64,000 nt of DNA from Spirochaetia bacterium (lineage in GTDB: Bacteria > Spirochaetota > Spirochaetia > SZUA-6 > Bin103): NCBI GenBank assembly GCA_965198005.1, contig CBDAOI010000002.1, positions 576,001-640,000 of the forward strand. Reading direction: 5' to 3'. A program made the position numbers and the translations under genes. Shown in pieces: positions 10,740 through 21,480 of this stretch (position 1 is its first letter; every line of letters begins with the position of its first letter). Below the pieces are notes generated by a model. That model was not told the DNA's origin. It ran no database searches and saw only the letters and a list, made by a program, of their open reading frames with translations.

Positions 10740-11190
10740 TCTGGGGTGGTCCCGGTTCGTTGGACAGCCCGAGGGATAGGTTAAGGTGTATTCCGTTGTT
10801 GTCAACCCACCCCTCCTTGTCAAGAACAGGTGGCGGTAACAGGGGGTGGGGGTCCGGGGGAGGGGGGGCTTGATCCTGTGGACATTGTGGATAACTCCCC
10901 GCACCGGATCGCACACCCGCTCGCCCTCTGACCTCGGAACCCGCAATTGCCACCTGCTCCCCATGTCCGTTACGCCACCTCCCGTCCGGGCGCCGCGACG
11001 CCGCGGTAGGCCTCGGACGGCGTCCGGCCACCGAGTGCCGAGTGCGGTCGTACCTCGTTGTAGAACTCGATCCACTCGTCGATCACCCGCTGCGCCACGA
11101 AGCCGTCCGCCAACTCGTGCAGGTACACCGCCTCGTACTTCAGCGAGCGCCACAGCCGCTCGATGAACACGTTGTCCAGACACCGACCGC
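10740..11190 (-). mobile_element. IS3-family remnant (integrase core C-terminus plus right end)
   Basis: DNVFIERLWRSLKYE..WIEFYNEVRPHSALGGRTP; terminal region ...CTTAACCT..CTGTCCAACGAACCGGGACCACC. Confidence 0.85.
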
Positions 11191-11767
11191 GTCGGCGCGG
11201 AGAACGTAGCCCGGAACCTTAGTAGGCTCCAGGCTCAGTGTCGATCGGTCGGATTGCTCGTCGTCGTCGGTACAGGCTTCTACATCAGCGCCCTGCTCTC
11301 CGACTCGCCGCTTGGCGCCGCCGCGCCCGATCGCGGGTTGCGTGACCGCTTGACGCACGAGCTTGAGTTCGACGGTCCCGCGGCGCTCGTCCAGCGCCCG
11401 CAAGCGCTCGATCCCGCCCCCGGACGGTACCGATTCGGAACCGTGAAGTCGCGCGCTGGACACGTCGGCGACCGGCTCCACGATCATCTCGGCGGATTCG
11501 CTCGAGGCGGCGGCCGCGGCCTTGCGCGGATCGCCCACATCCGAACCACGGTGGGCAGGTCCAGCTCTTCCCGGATAGCGAGATGGGCCGACGTGTGTCC
11601 TATTCCGGAAGCGGGCATCGTGCGGTTCCGGTCGCGCGGCATCAACCAGACCGGCGACGTGGTGATCGACTACACCCGTAGCGCGCTGATCTACAGGCGC
11701 GGGGCCTCGCCCCAGTATGGACCTGGAGGACTCGGTGCCGGCGGACTAGCGTGCCGCGGCACGCCCG

Positions 11768-12110
11768 ATGATCGAGCCGGCGCTGCCGGAGGTTGCGCGC
11801 GGGCAGCTGCTGGTGCGGGTCAACCCGATCGGCGATCCGGACCACGCGACCGACCTGCGGCCGTGCCGCTGGCCGCGGTGGGGGCCTGATGGTGCCGAAG
11901 CTGGAGCGCGTGGTGTGAGCCGCGGACTCTGGCCGCCGAGCTGGAGGGGCGCGAGGCGGCGGCGCACCTGGCGGCAAGTTCCACCTTCCTGGTGGTCCTG
12001 ATCGAGACGGCCCGCGGCGTGCGCGACGCGGACGCCCTGCTGGAGGCGGCCGCCGGGCGCGGCACCGTGGCGTTCGCCGGCGACCCGCGTCTTCGGGTGG
12101 CAGGTGGTGC
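11768..12110 (+). pseudogene. CitE/HpcH-like lyase fragment
   Basis: LLVRVNP, LMVPKLE and VLIETARGV pieces in shifting frames. Confidence 0.5.
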
Positions 12111-12294
12111 CCATCAGCTTGCCCTGCCGCTGCTCCTGCCACACGGTCACCCTCGTTGGTTGTGCTGCCTGCGCACTCATCTCTCTAGTTCCTCCCTGCC
12201 GTCCACGGGATCGCACGCCGCCGTGGGCCAAGCGAGCAGAGCATCACCAAAACAGCCCGGCGGCGTCAAGCCCCGGACGCCGGAGCGCCGCCGG

Positions 12295-13284
12295 CTACTC
12301 ACTCGTTACGCCGCATCGGTCTGCCACCGCGCGTGCGAGCGCACGAAAGTCGCGGTAGCAACCCTGCACGGCGTTGGCGTGGCCACCGATCGCGCCGTCC
12401 GCCGGTTTCAGGGAGAACATCGGTTTCCGCGCCTCCTGTGCCAGCGGCATCAGGCTCCGAAAGTGTTTCAGCGTGGCCAGGCAATGCGGGTCGGTGTCGG
12501 TGGATGGGACGTTGTTCGCGGGCGAATCAATGACGAAGTCTCGATACGCACCCGGGATGCGGCCCATCCAGCGTTCATACGCCTTTGCCGGTCGGTTCAG
12601 CCGTACGGCATGTTGCAGCACCACGTACCCGAGCGGCTGCATCCCGCCTGGCGGCAGGTCGAGGTCGGCCACCGGGTTACGTTCCCGGCGCTCTGCCCAC
12701 TGCTTCCTCCATTGCCGTAGCGTCGGCCCGAGATTGCGCAGGCCTTGTATGGAGTACAGGTCCGGTGCCAGCGGGACCACAACGTGGTCGGCGGTAACCA
12801 ATGCCGCGCGATTCAATGCGCCGAGATTCGGTCCCACGTCCACCAGAATCAGGTCCGCCAGCATCTGTTCCGCGGCCATGCGCAGGGCACGCCAAAGCGC
12901 AGACAGCACACGGAAGGCTCGTGGCTTCTGGTCGAGACAGTCCGGCCAATTGCTCGCCAGTTCATCTTCCGCGCCCGACAACAGCATGTCGCCGGCGACC
13001 AGCCCGATCCCCACTGCCGGCTCGATCACACGCGGCTGTTGTACGTCTCCGGTTCCGTCCAGCAGTGGGCGCAGCGCGGCATAGATCGTTCCGTTACCGT
13101 GATCATCCGCCCAGAGCCGCTCCAACTCGCCATCGTCCAGAAACATGCTGGTCAGGTTGGCCTGCGGATCCAGATCGGCCACCACCACCTTGTAGTCAAG
13201 CCTGGCGTACATCCACGCGAGGTGATAGACGAGGGAGGTCTTCCCCACGCCGCCCTTGTTGTTGAACACGGCGATGCTCTTCAC
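12295..13284 (-). CDS. ParA-family ATPase
   Basis: FNNKGGVGKTSL, DLDPQANLT, DVGPNLG; start overlaps the upstream stop (GTGA). Confidence 0.9.
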   Translation of the reverse strand: MKSIAVFNNKGGVGKTSLVYHLAWMYARLDYKVVVADLDPQANLTSMFLDDGELERLWADDHGNGTIYAALRPLLDGTGDVQQPRVIEPAVGIGLVAGDMLLSGAEDELASNWPDCLDQKPRAFRVLSALWRALRMAAEQMLADLILVDVGPNLGALNRAALVTADHVVVPLAPDLYSIQGLRNLGPTLRQWRKQWAERRERNPVADLDLPPGGMQPLGYVVLQHAVRLNRPAKAYERWMGRIPGAYRDFVIDSPANNVPSTDTDPHCLATLKHFRSLMPLAQEARKPMFSLKPADGAIGGHANAVQGCYRDFRALARAVADRCGVTSE

Positions 13285-14471
13285 GGCGCAATCCGTACCG
13301 TGGCTACCACGAGAGTCGGCTGGAAAGCGAACTCGGGCGGCGGGTTGCCGTTCTCGGCCAGGGTCTGGCGGGCGAGCCGTATGCCCACGCCGAAGCGTTG
13401 CGCGAAGCCGAGGCGGTGCATGATCTCGGCCAACAGCGGATTGCGGTAGTCGGTGTCACCCGTGCCGAAGTTCTCCGGGGTGATTCTCCCGTACAACCCG
13501 CCGGGGCTCGCAATCTCTACACGGTCCGCGAACCAGTGAATTCGTACCGGTGTGTTGGTTCCTTCGTAGGTGCGGTGCATGACGGCGTTGTACGCGAGTT
13601 GCCGCAGTGCGTCGATCGGATAGTCGGGGCGGCGCCGTTCGCGCAGCGCACCCACGACCTCGGTGCGAACCGAAACGTTCAATTCGAGCAGCTCGTCGAG
13701 GCGGCGCACCACGTCGTCCAGGCGCCCGGTGAGCGGCTTCTGATCCCGGATAGGGTCCGTAATCTCGCTGCCGTCGATGCGCAGGAATTGAACGTACGCG
13801 CCGGGTACGAATGCTTGCGGATCCACTCCAAACGCAAGCACGGCCGCCCAGGTCGGCGTTCCGCGATGAACCAGCCGCAGAGACTGCAATTGATGCGCCA
13901 GCGGTCGTTCGTTCTTCTCGAGAACTTCCGGCGCAATCGCATTGGGCAGGTAACAGCGCCGTGCGAAGTCCAGATCGAGAGCCTCGATAGCGACGCCGGG
14001 GGCTGGTCTCATGTCGAACGGCACGTCGGTTGCGCGGCGGCGCTCGCTGAGTATGCGCTCGTCCGAAACGGCTGCCTCGCGTACGGAGGGACCGACGCGG
14101 ACCCAAACGCGACCGCGGTACCGTACCGGTGGATCGTGTGCCGGCTCGACGGTTACGACCGCCACGTCGCAGCCGTTCAGCAGCCGCTTCTGGACGGTCA
14201 TCGACGGCAACGGCAGGATGTCGCCCTCTCCGCGAATGTTCGCGAGCCGCGTCAGCACCTCGTCATCGATCGTCAACGACGCGCAGGCCCCGTCATCCTG
14301 AACGCCAACCAGCACCACACCAGCGCGGCCATTTGCAGGCAGATCATTGGCAAACGCGCAGATGTTCCGCCGGATTTTCGTGCCGTCGGCAACTGACCTC
14401 TTGCGTTCCACCAAGTCAGACTCCAGGTCCGACATCATTGACTCGAGTTCAGAATCGGAATATGTTGCCAT
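13281..14471 (-). CDS. AlbA_2 (Schlafen-like) domain plus HATPase_c_4 (RecG C-terminal-like) protein
   Basis: ESDLVERK..ICAFAN..GVVLVGVQDDG; YPIDALRQLAYNAVMHRTY..RVEIASPGG..YRNPLLA..GVGI. Confidence 0.85.
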   Translation of the reverse strand: MATYSDSELESMMSDLESDLVERKRSVADGTKIRRNICAFANDLPANGRAGVVLVGVQDDGACASLTIDDEVLTRLANIRGEGDILPLPSMTVQKRLLNGCDVAVVTVEPAHDPPVRYRGRVWVRVGPSVREAAVSDERILSERRRATDVPFDMRPAPGVAIEALDLDFARRCYLPNAIAPEVLEKNERPLAHQLQSLRLVHRGTPTWAAVLAFGVDPQAFVPGAYVQFLRIDGSEITDPIRDQKPLTGRLDDVVRRLDELLELNVSVRTEVVGALRERRRPDYPIDALRQLAYNAVMHRTYEGTNTPVRIHWFADRVEIASPGGLYGRITPENFGTGDTDYRNPLLAEIMHRLGFAQRFGVGIRLARQTLAENGNPPPEFAFQPTLVVATVRIAP

Positions 14472-14599
14472 TACTGATCATCGCTGCGGCATCGCCACCC
14501 GGATGTGGCGCTCGGCAAGCGTCAGGTCGAATCGTAGCACGTTCATCCTATCGCAACCAGCGCAGCGCGGTAAAACGGGCCAACTGCCGGTGCGGCCGC

Positions 14600-14668
14600 C
14601 GCCGGTCGCGACGGTACGCGCTTACAAGGGGTTGAACGTGGTCGAGCGCGCATTCCGCAGCTACAAGG
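14600..14668 (+). mobile_element. short DDE transposase remnant (IS1634-like)
   Basis: VRAYKGLNVVERAFRSYK. Confidence 0.5.
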
Positions 14669-14819
14669 GTGGCGAGGTCACCACCTGGTGGACGCTGGCG
14701 TCGTCGAGCAACGATAGGTCGCGTGCATCATGGTTGAAGAGCCGATGCCGCGTGGGTATCTGGCGCACCGCCTCCGCGATCAGCGTCAGGAGGCGCCGAT
14801 CCCGCGCGATGCGTGGCAA

Positions 14820-14967
14820 ATCACACTGCAGGTCGGCCAGGTGACGCAGCTCTCCTGGGCGACCTCGCAGCCTGCCGCACCGCCAAGCTCGGCGGCCACG
14901 TCGATGCCTGCGATGCCTGCGGCGAGGTGCGCGTATCGTACAACTCCTGCCGCAATCGCCACTGTCC
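14820..14967 (+). mobile_element. IS91-family transposase zinc-binding remnant
   Basis: ACRTAKLGGHVDACDACGEVRVSYNSCRNRHCP. Confidence 0.8.
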
Positions 14968-15100
14968 TGTAGATTCCGGGCGAGCCCTACCAGGCATTCC
15001 GGGGAACGTTACCACTGAATCCGGGCAACCTTACCAGCGATTCCGGGGCAAGCCTTCCAATTTTGGGTGGTTACCGGAATCGGTGGTAGGGATGATCGGA
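14968..15100. mobile_element. IS21-like end with multiple internal repeats
   Basis: Starts TGTAGATTCCGG, followed by repeated ATTCCGGG..TACCA units at ~22-23-bp spacing and inverted copies (TACCGGAAT). Confidence 0.55.
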
Positions 15101-15333
15101 ACGGACCGGCGCGCATCAACGTCTCTTATCGAGGAAGCTTCCCGCAGGTTGAACGCGTCCTTGATCTGAACCACCGCTCGCGGCTGGACCAGATCGACGC
15201 AGCGCTCGCGGCCGTGGGGCTGCGTCTGGATGTGGTGGGGGTCGCCGAAACAGACTCACCGGCAGCCGTCGCGACCGATGGGGCTGCAACTCCCTACGTA
15301 TAGCTGCTGCGCCTCCCGCTGTCCGGCACCGCG

Positions 15334-15800
15334 ATGGCGCTGGCGGTCGCCCTGCCCGACGTCGACCGCGACGGGCGCCGCGACATCGTGATCGGCAACG
15401 ACTACGAGGTGCCCGACTCTCGTCTACCTCAACCGGCCGAGGCACTGGGTGAAGGCGGCGCCGTTCGCGCGGACGGCTACAACACGATGGCGTTCGCCGA
15501 AGGCGACTGTCGACAACGACGGCCGCTTCGAGCTGCTGGCGGCCGACATGAAGCCGTACCGTTCGGGGAGCCGACCTCGACCCGGGGCCTGGGGACCGGT
15601 GCTGCCGCCGGACGCCCACGACACCGGACGCGCCCAGATATACGCCAACCCCTGCAGGTGCGGGATGCGGCCGGCGCGTCCCGCAACCGCGCGGCCGGGG
15701 TCGGGGTCGACGCCACCGGCTGGAACTGGTCGGCTCAGTTCGGCGGTCTGGACAACGACGGCGACCTCGACCTGTACACGGTCAACGGCATGTCGGCGAG
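15334..15800 (+). pseudogene. FG-GAP/CRTAC1-like repeat protein fragment
   Basis: DVDRDGRRDIVIGND, VDNDGRFELL, GWNWSAQFGGLDNDGDLDLYTVNG. Confidence 0.7.
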
Positions 15801-15839
15801 GCGTTCGGTCACCTGCCCGGCGCGGGGCTGCAGTCGAAA

Positions 15840-16190
15840 GACTGGCCAATGCCAGGCGGACAAAGCCCGCTCCGGATGCTGTCGCGGAGCGGGTCGAGGT
15901 CCTAGCTGCGCCGTCGGCCGAGACGTGGTGCAGCGAGGTACGCTCGTACCTTGAGTTACTGCAGCGCGTGGTGGATCAGACCAAAGCGGCGGGTGTTCGC
16001 CGGCGAGACGGTGCCGGCGAGCGAGAAGGTGGTGAGCCTGTTCGAGCCGCACACCGACATCATCTGGTGGTGGAGACCGGCAACCCGGCCGATAGTGAAC
16101 GCTGCCTGCCGATGCTGGAGCGGCACGGGAAACCTACGGCGAGGCGACGCGACGAGTGGCGTTCGATGGCGGCTATGCGTCGCGGGCGCG
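15840..16190 (+). mobile_element. transposase remnant (ISNCY-like)
   Basis: KRRVFAGETVPASEKVVSLFEPHTDII; GNPADSERCLPMLERH. Confidence 0.65.
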
Positions 16191-16242
16191 CCGCGATGCC
16201 CTCGAAATACATCCGGCAACCTGTTCCTCCTGACGCCCCGCG

Positions 16243-16477
16243 CTACTCCAACCTCAGGCCAAATGCCGAATCGCGGTGTAATTGAATATCCGCGATGTCT
16301 TCCGACGTGAACGGCGCGCTGTGGTGGGGACACTCTATCTCCTCGGCGTTAAAAACCAACACGTCGTTGAGTTGATCCCCATTCTTGAGCCGAATATCGA
16401 CTCGTTGATAACCCATGCCGGACTCGGGTAGTCTTGCAGAGCTGATCAACCCAACGCTCAGGAAGTTGGAACCGCAT
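16243..16477 (-). CDS. small hypothetical protein with PESGMGYQ motif (1-bp indel near start)
   Basis: MRFQLPERWVDQLC / RLPESGMGYQRVDIRLKNG..VLVFNAE. Confidence 0.6.
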
Positions 16478-16479
16478 AA

Positions 16480-16857
16480 CTACCTGTCTGGAATTGTGTC
16501 CGTTTGGATCAAAGTACTGGGCGGCGTATCCTGCTCGAAACGAACTTCAACACCGCCGCCTGACTGACTGTAATTCGGAGCTACTGTACTGTTGGAACGA
16601 AAACTTCCATGAGTATTGACGATGATACTCTTCGGCTCGATATCGATTACTTGGATGTCGCCATCGACGATTATCCTGCCGTCCTGATCCTGATAGCCAG
16701 CAAGTTCATGCATGTGCTCCAGGTTGATACATAACTCGGCGTTCATTATCAATAAACGATTTCCGCTACCACTCGTTTGCACAAGCTGGTACCCCATGCC
16801 AGACTCGGGTTGGGACAGCAGAAACTCTCGGACGTTGCCGTCAACCTTAGCGAGCAT
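16480..16857 (-). CDS. hypothetical protein, PESGMGYQ N-domain plus GGGVEV C-terminal motif
   Basis: GAGGAGG RBS; MLAKVDGNVREFLLSQPESGMGYQLV..LIMNAE...QSGGGVEVRF; low GC. Confidence 0.6.
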   Translation of the reverse strand: MLAKVDGNVREFLLSQPESGMGYQLVQTSGSGNRLLIMNAELCINLEHMHELAGYQDQDGRIIVDGDIQVIDIEPKSIIVNTHGSFRSNSTVAPNYSQSGGGVEVRFEQDTPPSTLIQTDTIPDR

Positions 16858-16887
16858 CCATCCTCCTCGTATGGCACACAGCGGTGA

Positions 16888-16935
16888 GGTGCGTGCCCGA
16901 TCGCGAAGTAGTTCATCCACCCGCGCAGGATCGTG
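16888..16935 (-). mobile_element. group II intron maturase micro-remnant
   Basis: Minus-strand translation TILRGWMNYFAIGHA matches the maturase RGWxNYF motif. Confidence 0.5.
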
Positions 16936-17268
16936 GCGCCACTCTTGCGCTTACCAGCGGGGAGAGGTTACGCACCTCCATGTCTTCGATCATTCTCTGT
17001 CGCAGTGGTGTCATGATGGAGTCCTCCTCGTGTAGAGACGCGTGGTCCATCAGCCCCCGGAGCGCGGCTACGCTCCGGGGGCAACCACCCGTCTCCCGGT
17101 TAGTAGCGTTCAGACACCATGTAAGGGTTTTGTTTGGGAAGGGCCTTGAGGCCCGAGACGGCAGACGCCATCCCTACCGCGAAGCGGTTTAGTTCAATAT
17201 GTACGTATGTACGATTGTCGAGCCAATCCAGCCTCACGTCGCGGCGCGCGAGTGCGCGCGACAGGAAC

Positions 17269-17707
17269 TCACTTGGTGCCGTCGCTGTGTTCGTCTGTCT
17301 CCGTGTCTTTGGTCGGTCGCCGCTTGCGTCTGCTAACAGCGAATAGGGAAACCAGCCCAATCAGAGGCGCAATCAAGGTAATCAAGCCCGTGACGCTATG
17401 GCCGGTAGCAAGCAAATATACGGCGCCGCACAATGCCACTAGCGTCACCAACAGAGCTGACCGCCTCCCCTGTCTTTCGCTATCGACCGCAGCGCCTAAG
17501 GAGATAGATTCCATCTCATGTTGATGAGCTTGTTGCTTCTCGGCCATTGTGAGCGTTCGCTCGGCGAATCCCGGCAGGATTGCTCGGCGCGTCGCTCGGT
17601 TGGGGTGCAGGCGCGGGATCGCTCGTTTGAGCATCGGGCGGCAAGTTGCTCGCCTGCGAATCAGTCGGCGCGTCGCTCGGTTGCGGAGTGGAGGGCGGAC
17701 CGTTCAA
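17269..17707 (-). CDS. DUF2335-like predicted membrane protein (frameshifted Pro/Ser-rich N-terminus)
   Basis: ILPGFAERTLTMAEKQQAHQH plus two TM helices. Confidence 0.7.
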
Positions 17708-18314
17708 TCTAATCTAACGCAAGCGTCATATGCTCATCAGATGCTGAGCGTTCATCGGGCGCCGAGTACAGATTTTCAGGGAGCGCTGGCAGCGAAGGTT
17801 CTGTGGCCACCTCTTCTTTCAGTGCGTCACATATGTAGCTGCCGACGACGACCCAAGGCTCGGCAACATGGCTTGAGCGATACGATTCAAGGTGCATGGA
17901 GCCTATCCGGCCAAGAAATGGAAACACTGAGCACGCACCAGAGAGAAAAGAGTCGAGCTTGGTCTCAGCGGATTTGCACGATCTGGCGGCTGTCCCTACT
18001 GAAAAGAAGGATGCGCTACGACGCGCAGTGCTTACACGCCATAGCTCGTCTCGATCTCGGAACATCGAACCTAGCCATTTTCGCGGTATCCGGCGCAGGT
18101 CGTGGTCACCGGTTCTCTCTGATCCACCGCTCTCACTAATCACTTTGCATCTACCACCTAAGCTAACATGAATACTGCCGATAGCGACTACAGTCAAGGG
18201 GTGACTACCCATGCCGAGCTCGGCCTGCGGGATCGCCTCGTGGAAACCGGCAGTGATAGTGCCCCCCCTCGGCGTTTTTAGGGACCCTGCGGGGGCGGCA
18301 TTCAAAGAGACCTC

Positions 18315-18870
18315 AGGTCGGCACTGAAAAGACCCCCCTCCTCGGCATCGAAAAGGACCCCCCCACGATGCACGGTTGGTGCGTGCACACAACGAACCAC
18401 GTGAGGAGGGTCAGAATGGCCAGGAGGACATCGACGATGGAACTACAGGATATCGTCCGACGACTGCGAATGGGGCAGTCGATCAAGGCGATCAAGCGTG
18501 AGACCGGCAAGCACCGGCGCGTGATCCGCAGGCTGCTGCTGCTCGCCGAGCAGGAGGGGTGGCTGGATGAGCAGGATGAGGTGCCGTCCGAGCAGCAACT
18601 CAGGAGGTGTACCACGAACAGCGGAGCGGCGAGGAGGGCCGCCGGCATCCGCTCGACTCGCACCGTGAGCAGATCGAGGGGTGGCGCGAGGAAGGCTACA
18701 GCTTCCTGGTGATCCACAAGTTGCTCGAAAAGCGGGCGGTGGAATACTCGGAGACCACGGTGCGCCGCTACATCCATCGCCACTTTCCGAAGGCGGTGCG
18801 ACCGGTGATGCGGCGCGAGACGACCGCTGGCGAGGTGATGGAGGTGGACTTCGGACACCTGGGGCTCACC
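18315..18870 (+). mobile_element. istA: IS21-family left end plus istA 5' fragment
   Basis: End GTCGGCACTGAAAAGACCCC; MARRTSTMELQDIVRRLRMGQSIKAIKRETG..; R.ETTAGEVMEVDFG. Confidence 0.85.
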
Positions 18871-19134
18871 TTGCCGCGCTCGCTCCGATGCGCGCACTTC
18901 CGCTGCCGTGCGCTACCCTCCCGGCGGCGTGGGTGTCTCCGTCCTGCGCGTGGGTTCTCGGGCGCGTGCACGGTGCGCCACGGCCGTCCGCCGGGTTACT
19001 CGGTATCGACACCCCAGTACCGTAGCCCGCGGCCGCAAGCAACTGCTTGCCCCGGACGTCGAGCGCGAGCACGTGCGCCGCCCCGGTGGCGGACGGGGTG
19101 CCAATGCCAAAAGCGGTAACAGGGGTTGACACGA

Positions 19135-20433
19135 TCAAGCGGCGGCTGCCCAGGGCTGTGGTTGGGGCTGGAAGTAGCGTTCCAACTCACCGTTGAGGAG
19201 TGCCAAGCGGGTGCGCAGCACGCACTCGTTGTCGTGGCGCTTCCAACGCATTCCGTTGCCTTTGAACCGTCGCCCGACGACAAACTTGCACTGACCTTCC
19301 ACTGAGCCGCTGCCGATTGGCCAACCAGCTGCTCGGTAGCGCGGGTAGTCCATGCGCTCCTGGTTGTTCTTGAAGTAGTTGGTCTGCTTCCAGGCAAGGT
19401 CGCTGTCGCTGGTCTTGGGCACCGCGCGCTTCATCTCGTGAATCATTTGCAGCACCTCGCCCTCCCACATCATCGTCGACCAGCGGCGGCGTCGTGCTGT
19501 ACGCAGCGATGTCGGCAGCAGATCACCATAGTCAGTGAGGTGTTTCTCAGCATGGTAGTAGTCGAGAATTTGTACCGCTCCGGGAAAGTGGGTCATCTGC
19601 AATTCCCAATTGTGGTGCGCGCCATCGGCCAGAAATAGCGTCTGCCCGGCATCCATGAAGCCCATCTGCAGCCCCGCCTGCTCGGCGTACTCGGCGAATT
19701 CCTTGCGTGGTCCGTAGCGCGCGCCCGTCCAGCGGTCGATGATCTTCTTCCCTTCCCGCTGCTCGATGACTATCAGGTTGCACTCCTTGTGACAGGTCGG
19801 AGCGCGCAGGCTCGCACGCCCCGTTACTCCTTCCAGCTCAGTGATTTGTGGACTCATCGTTCCGTCCACCTCAACCACCATCAGCGGGCACGGTCGATCC
19901 CTGCGCGCCGCTTCGATCAGAGGAGCTTCCGGAATACGCTCCCCGGTCTTCTCGGTGGTCCGCTGCACCGCCGTCGCACTTACGCTGAATCCCAGCAGCC
20001 GCTCCAGCTTCTCTGCCGCCCCCTGGTACGACTCATCAGCGCCCAGCGCGCAGATCAGCAGCGTCATCAACGGTGAGTACCCGAAACAGCCGTCCATTCC
20101 CATTTGCGCATCCAGCGGCGCTATACTCCCCGACCGATCCCGGTACCGGTAGCACCGTCGCGGGCGTACTACCTCCTCCCCAAATCGGTTGATGAAGCGT
20201 AGATTGCGCACCCGCTCGAACACCGCCACCTCGTCCCCCACCTTGATCTGGTTGGCGTGGGTCGGCTCTTCGACGCCCTCGACCACCTCCTGGACCATCA
20301 TGTCCCCAACCCAGTTCACGAACTCAAGAATCTTCCCCTCGGCGTCGTGCAGGCCGATCTGGCCGCCGTTGATACGCCCCCTGAGCTGCTTGACGAGGTC
20401 CTGAGCCTGCTCTATAATTTCTTCCGTCTTCAT
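19135..20433 (-). mobile_element. ISKra4-family transposase, intact ORF
   Basis: EVDGTM, LADGAHHNW, ILDYYHA, YFKNNQERMDY..GWPIGSGSVEGQCK..RFKGNGMRW. Confidence 0.9.
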
Positions 20434-20789
20434 GGTCTACCTGCCTCCTGAAAGTTTGCTACTTGGGCAGGTAGACCTTTTTTGTCCCTCAAGTCAATGG
20501 TTTTGCTACCGCTTTCGGCGTTCGCACCCAGCGCCGTCATATACGCTGATGGGCACCTCGTCTCCCTCATGATGCCGCACTTGGTCGGGGCCGACGTTGA
20601 TCCCACACGGGAAGGCAGCCGTCTCTGACCCTGGTACACGCCTGACTTCGCCGGCGCCAACCTCCGTGCACCGGTCGATGGCGAACTTGCGTGACCGGAT
20701 GTCGTCCCTGCAACTCAGCCACTTGCTCAGAGCGTTCTCGACGGCACAAGGGGTGACGGCGCGGAAGGTGGTCCGCTCGTATCTGGCGG

Positions 20790-20960
20790 TGGTGCCGGCG
20801 CTCCGGCGTCAGGCTTGCGGCGCGCGCTGCGGCACCTCTTGCCCGCCGGTCGGTTCGGGGACGGGATCGTCTGGCTTACCGTGGTCGACGGGCTGGTCTC
20901 CGACCGACATATCGACGATTAGCTTGGCGAGTTGGTTCGGGTCGCGCGGCCGCCGACCTA
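20790..20960 (-). pseudogene. small basic IS1-associated protein remnant
   Basis: RRPRDPNQLAKLIVDMSVG...ARAASLTPERR. Confidence 0.6.
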
Positions 20961-21480
20961 TGCAGCACCGCCCGCTGTCTGAAGCTCGGCCACGTCGCGT
21001 TTCAGGTTCGCCACGTCCGCCTGCAGAATACGCAAATCGGTGGCGTAAGTTGTTCGCTCCACAGCCGCGACGATTTCCGCGACCAAGTGGCCCACGACGT
21101 CCTTACCCGACCACGCGGGCTGGACCGCGGCGGCTATCCGCTCGAAAAGGACCAACCGCGCCGAGTCAACCCCTGGACCACACCCTCGGCAATCTCCTGA
21201 GCTAACCCGTTGTGGAGGAATGCCAACTCCTGCCTGACGAAGCGGCCGTGAATCTCCATGTCCTTGGTCAACTTAGCCATCTTTTCATCGAAACCGGCCA
21301 TCTTTTCATCGAAACCGGCCATCTTTTCATCGCGGCCATCTTTTCATCGAAACCGGCCATCTTTTCATCGAAACCGGCCATCTTTTCATCGAAACCGGCC
21401 ATCTTTTCATTAAGACTGGCCACGTTATCATAGAGCCTGACCAGCAAATCGTCTCTGTCGGCCTCCGTCATCCAATGCAC
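20958..21480 (-). pseudogene. coiled-coil protein with heptad VNTR, split over three frames
   Basis: MTEADRDDLL..(MAGFDEK)n..LTKDMEIHGRFVRQE..EIAEGVV / ..EIVAAVERTT..LKRDVAELQ. Confidence 0.65.
21276..21411. repeat. 21-bp tandem repeat (GGCCATCTTTTCATCGAAACC) x~6.5
   Basis: Directly visible; one unit is 4 bp short, which shifts the frame. Confidence 0.95.

Noticed and set aside
10875-10895. DnaA box (TTATCCACA on the minus strand) suggesting oriC
   Set aside because: Only one perfect box, inside an IS3 terminal region, with no dnaA or AT-rich unwinding element.
12295-13284. ParA as evidence for a plasmid or prophage partition system
   Set aside because: No parB, rep or phage genes; the window carries chromosomal core genes.
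21276-21411. 21-bp repeats as CRISPR or plasmid iterons
   Set aside because: No spacers; the units encode in-frame heptads within a coiled-coil ORF.
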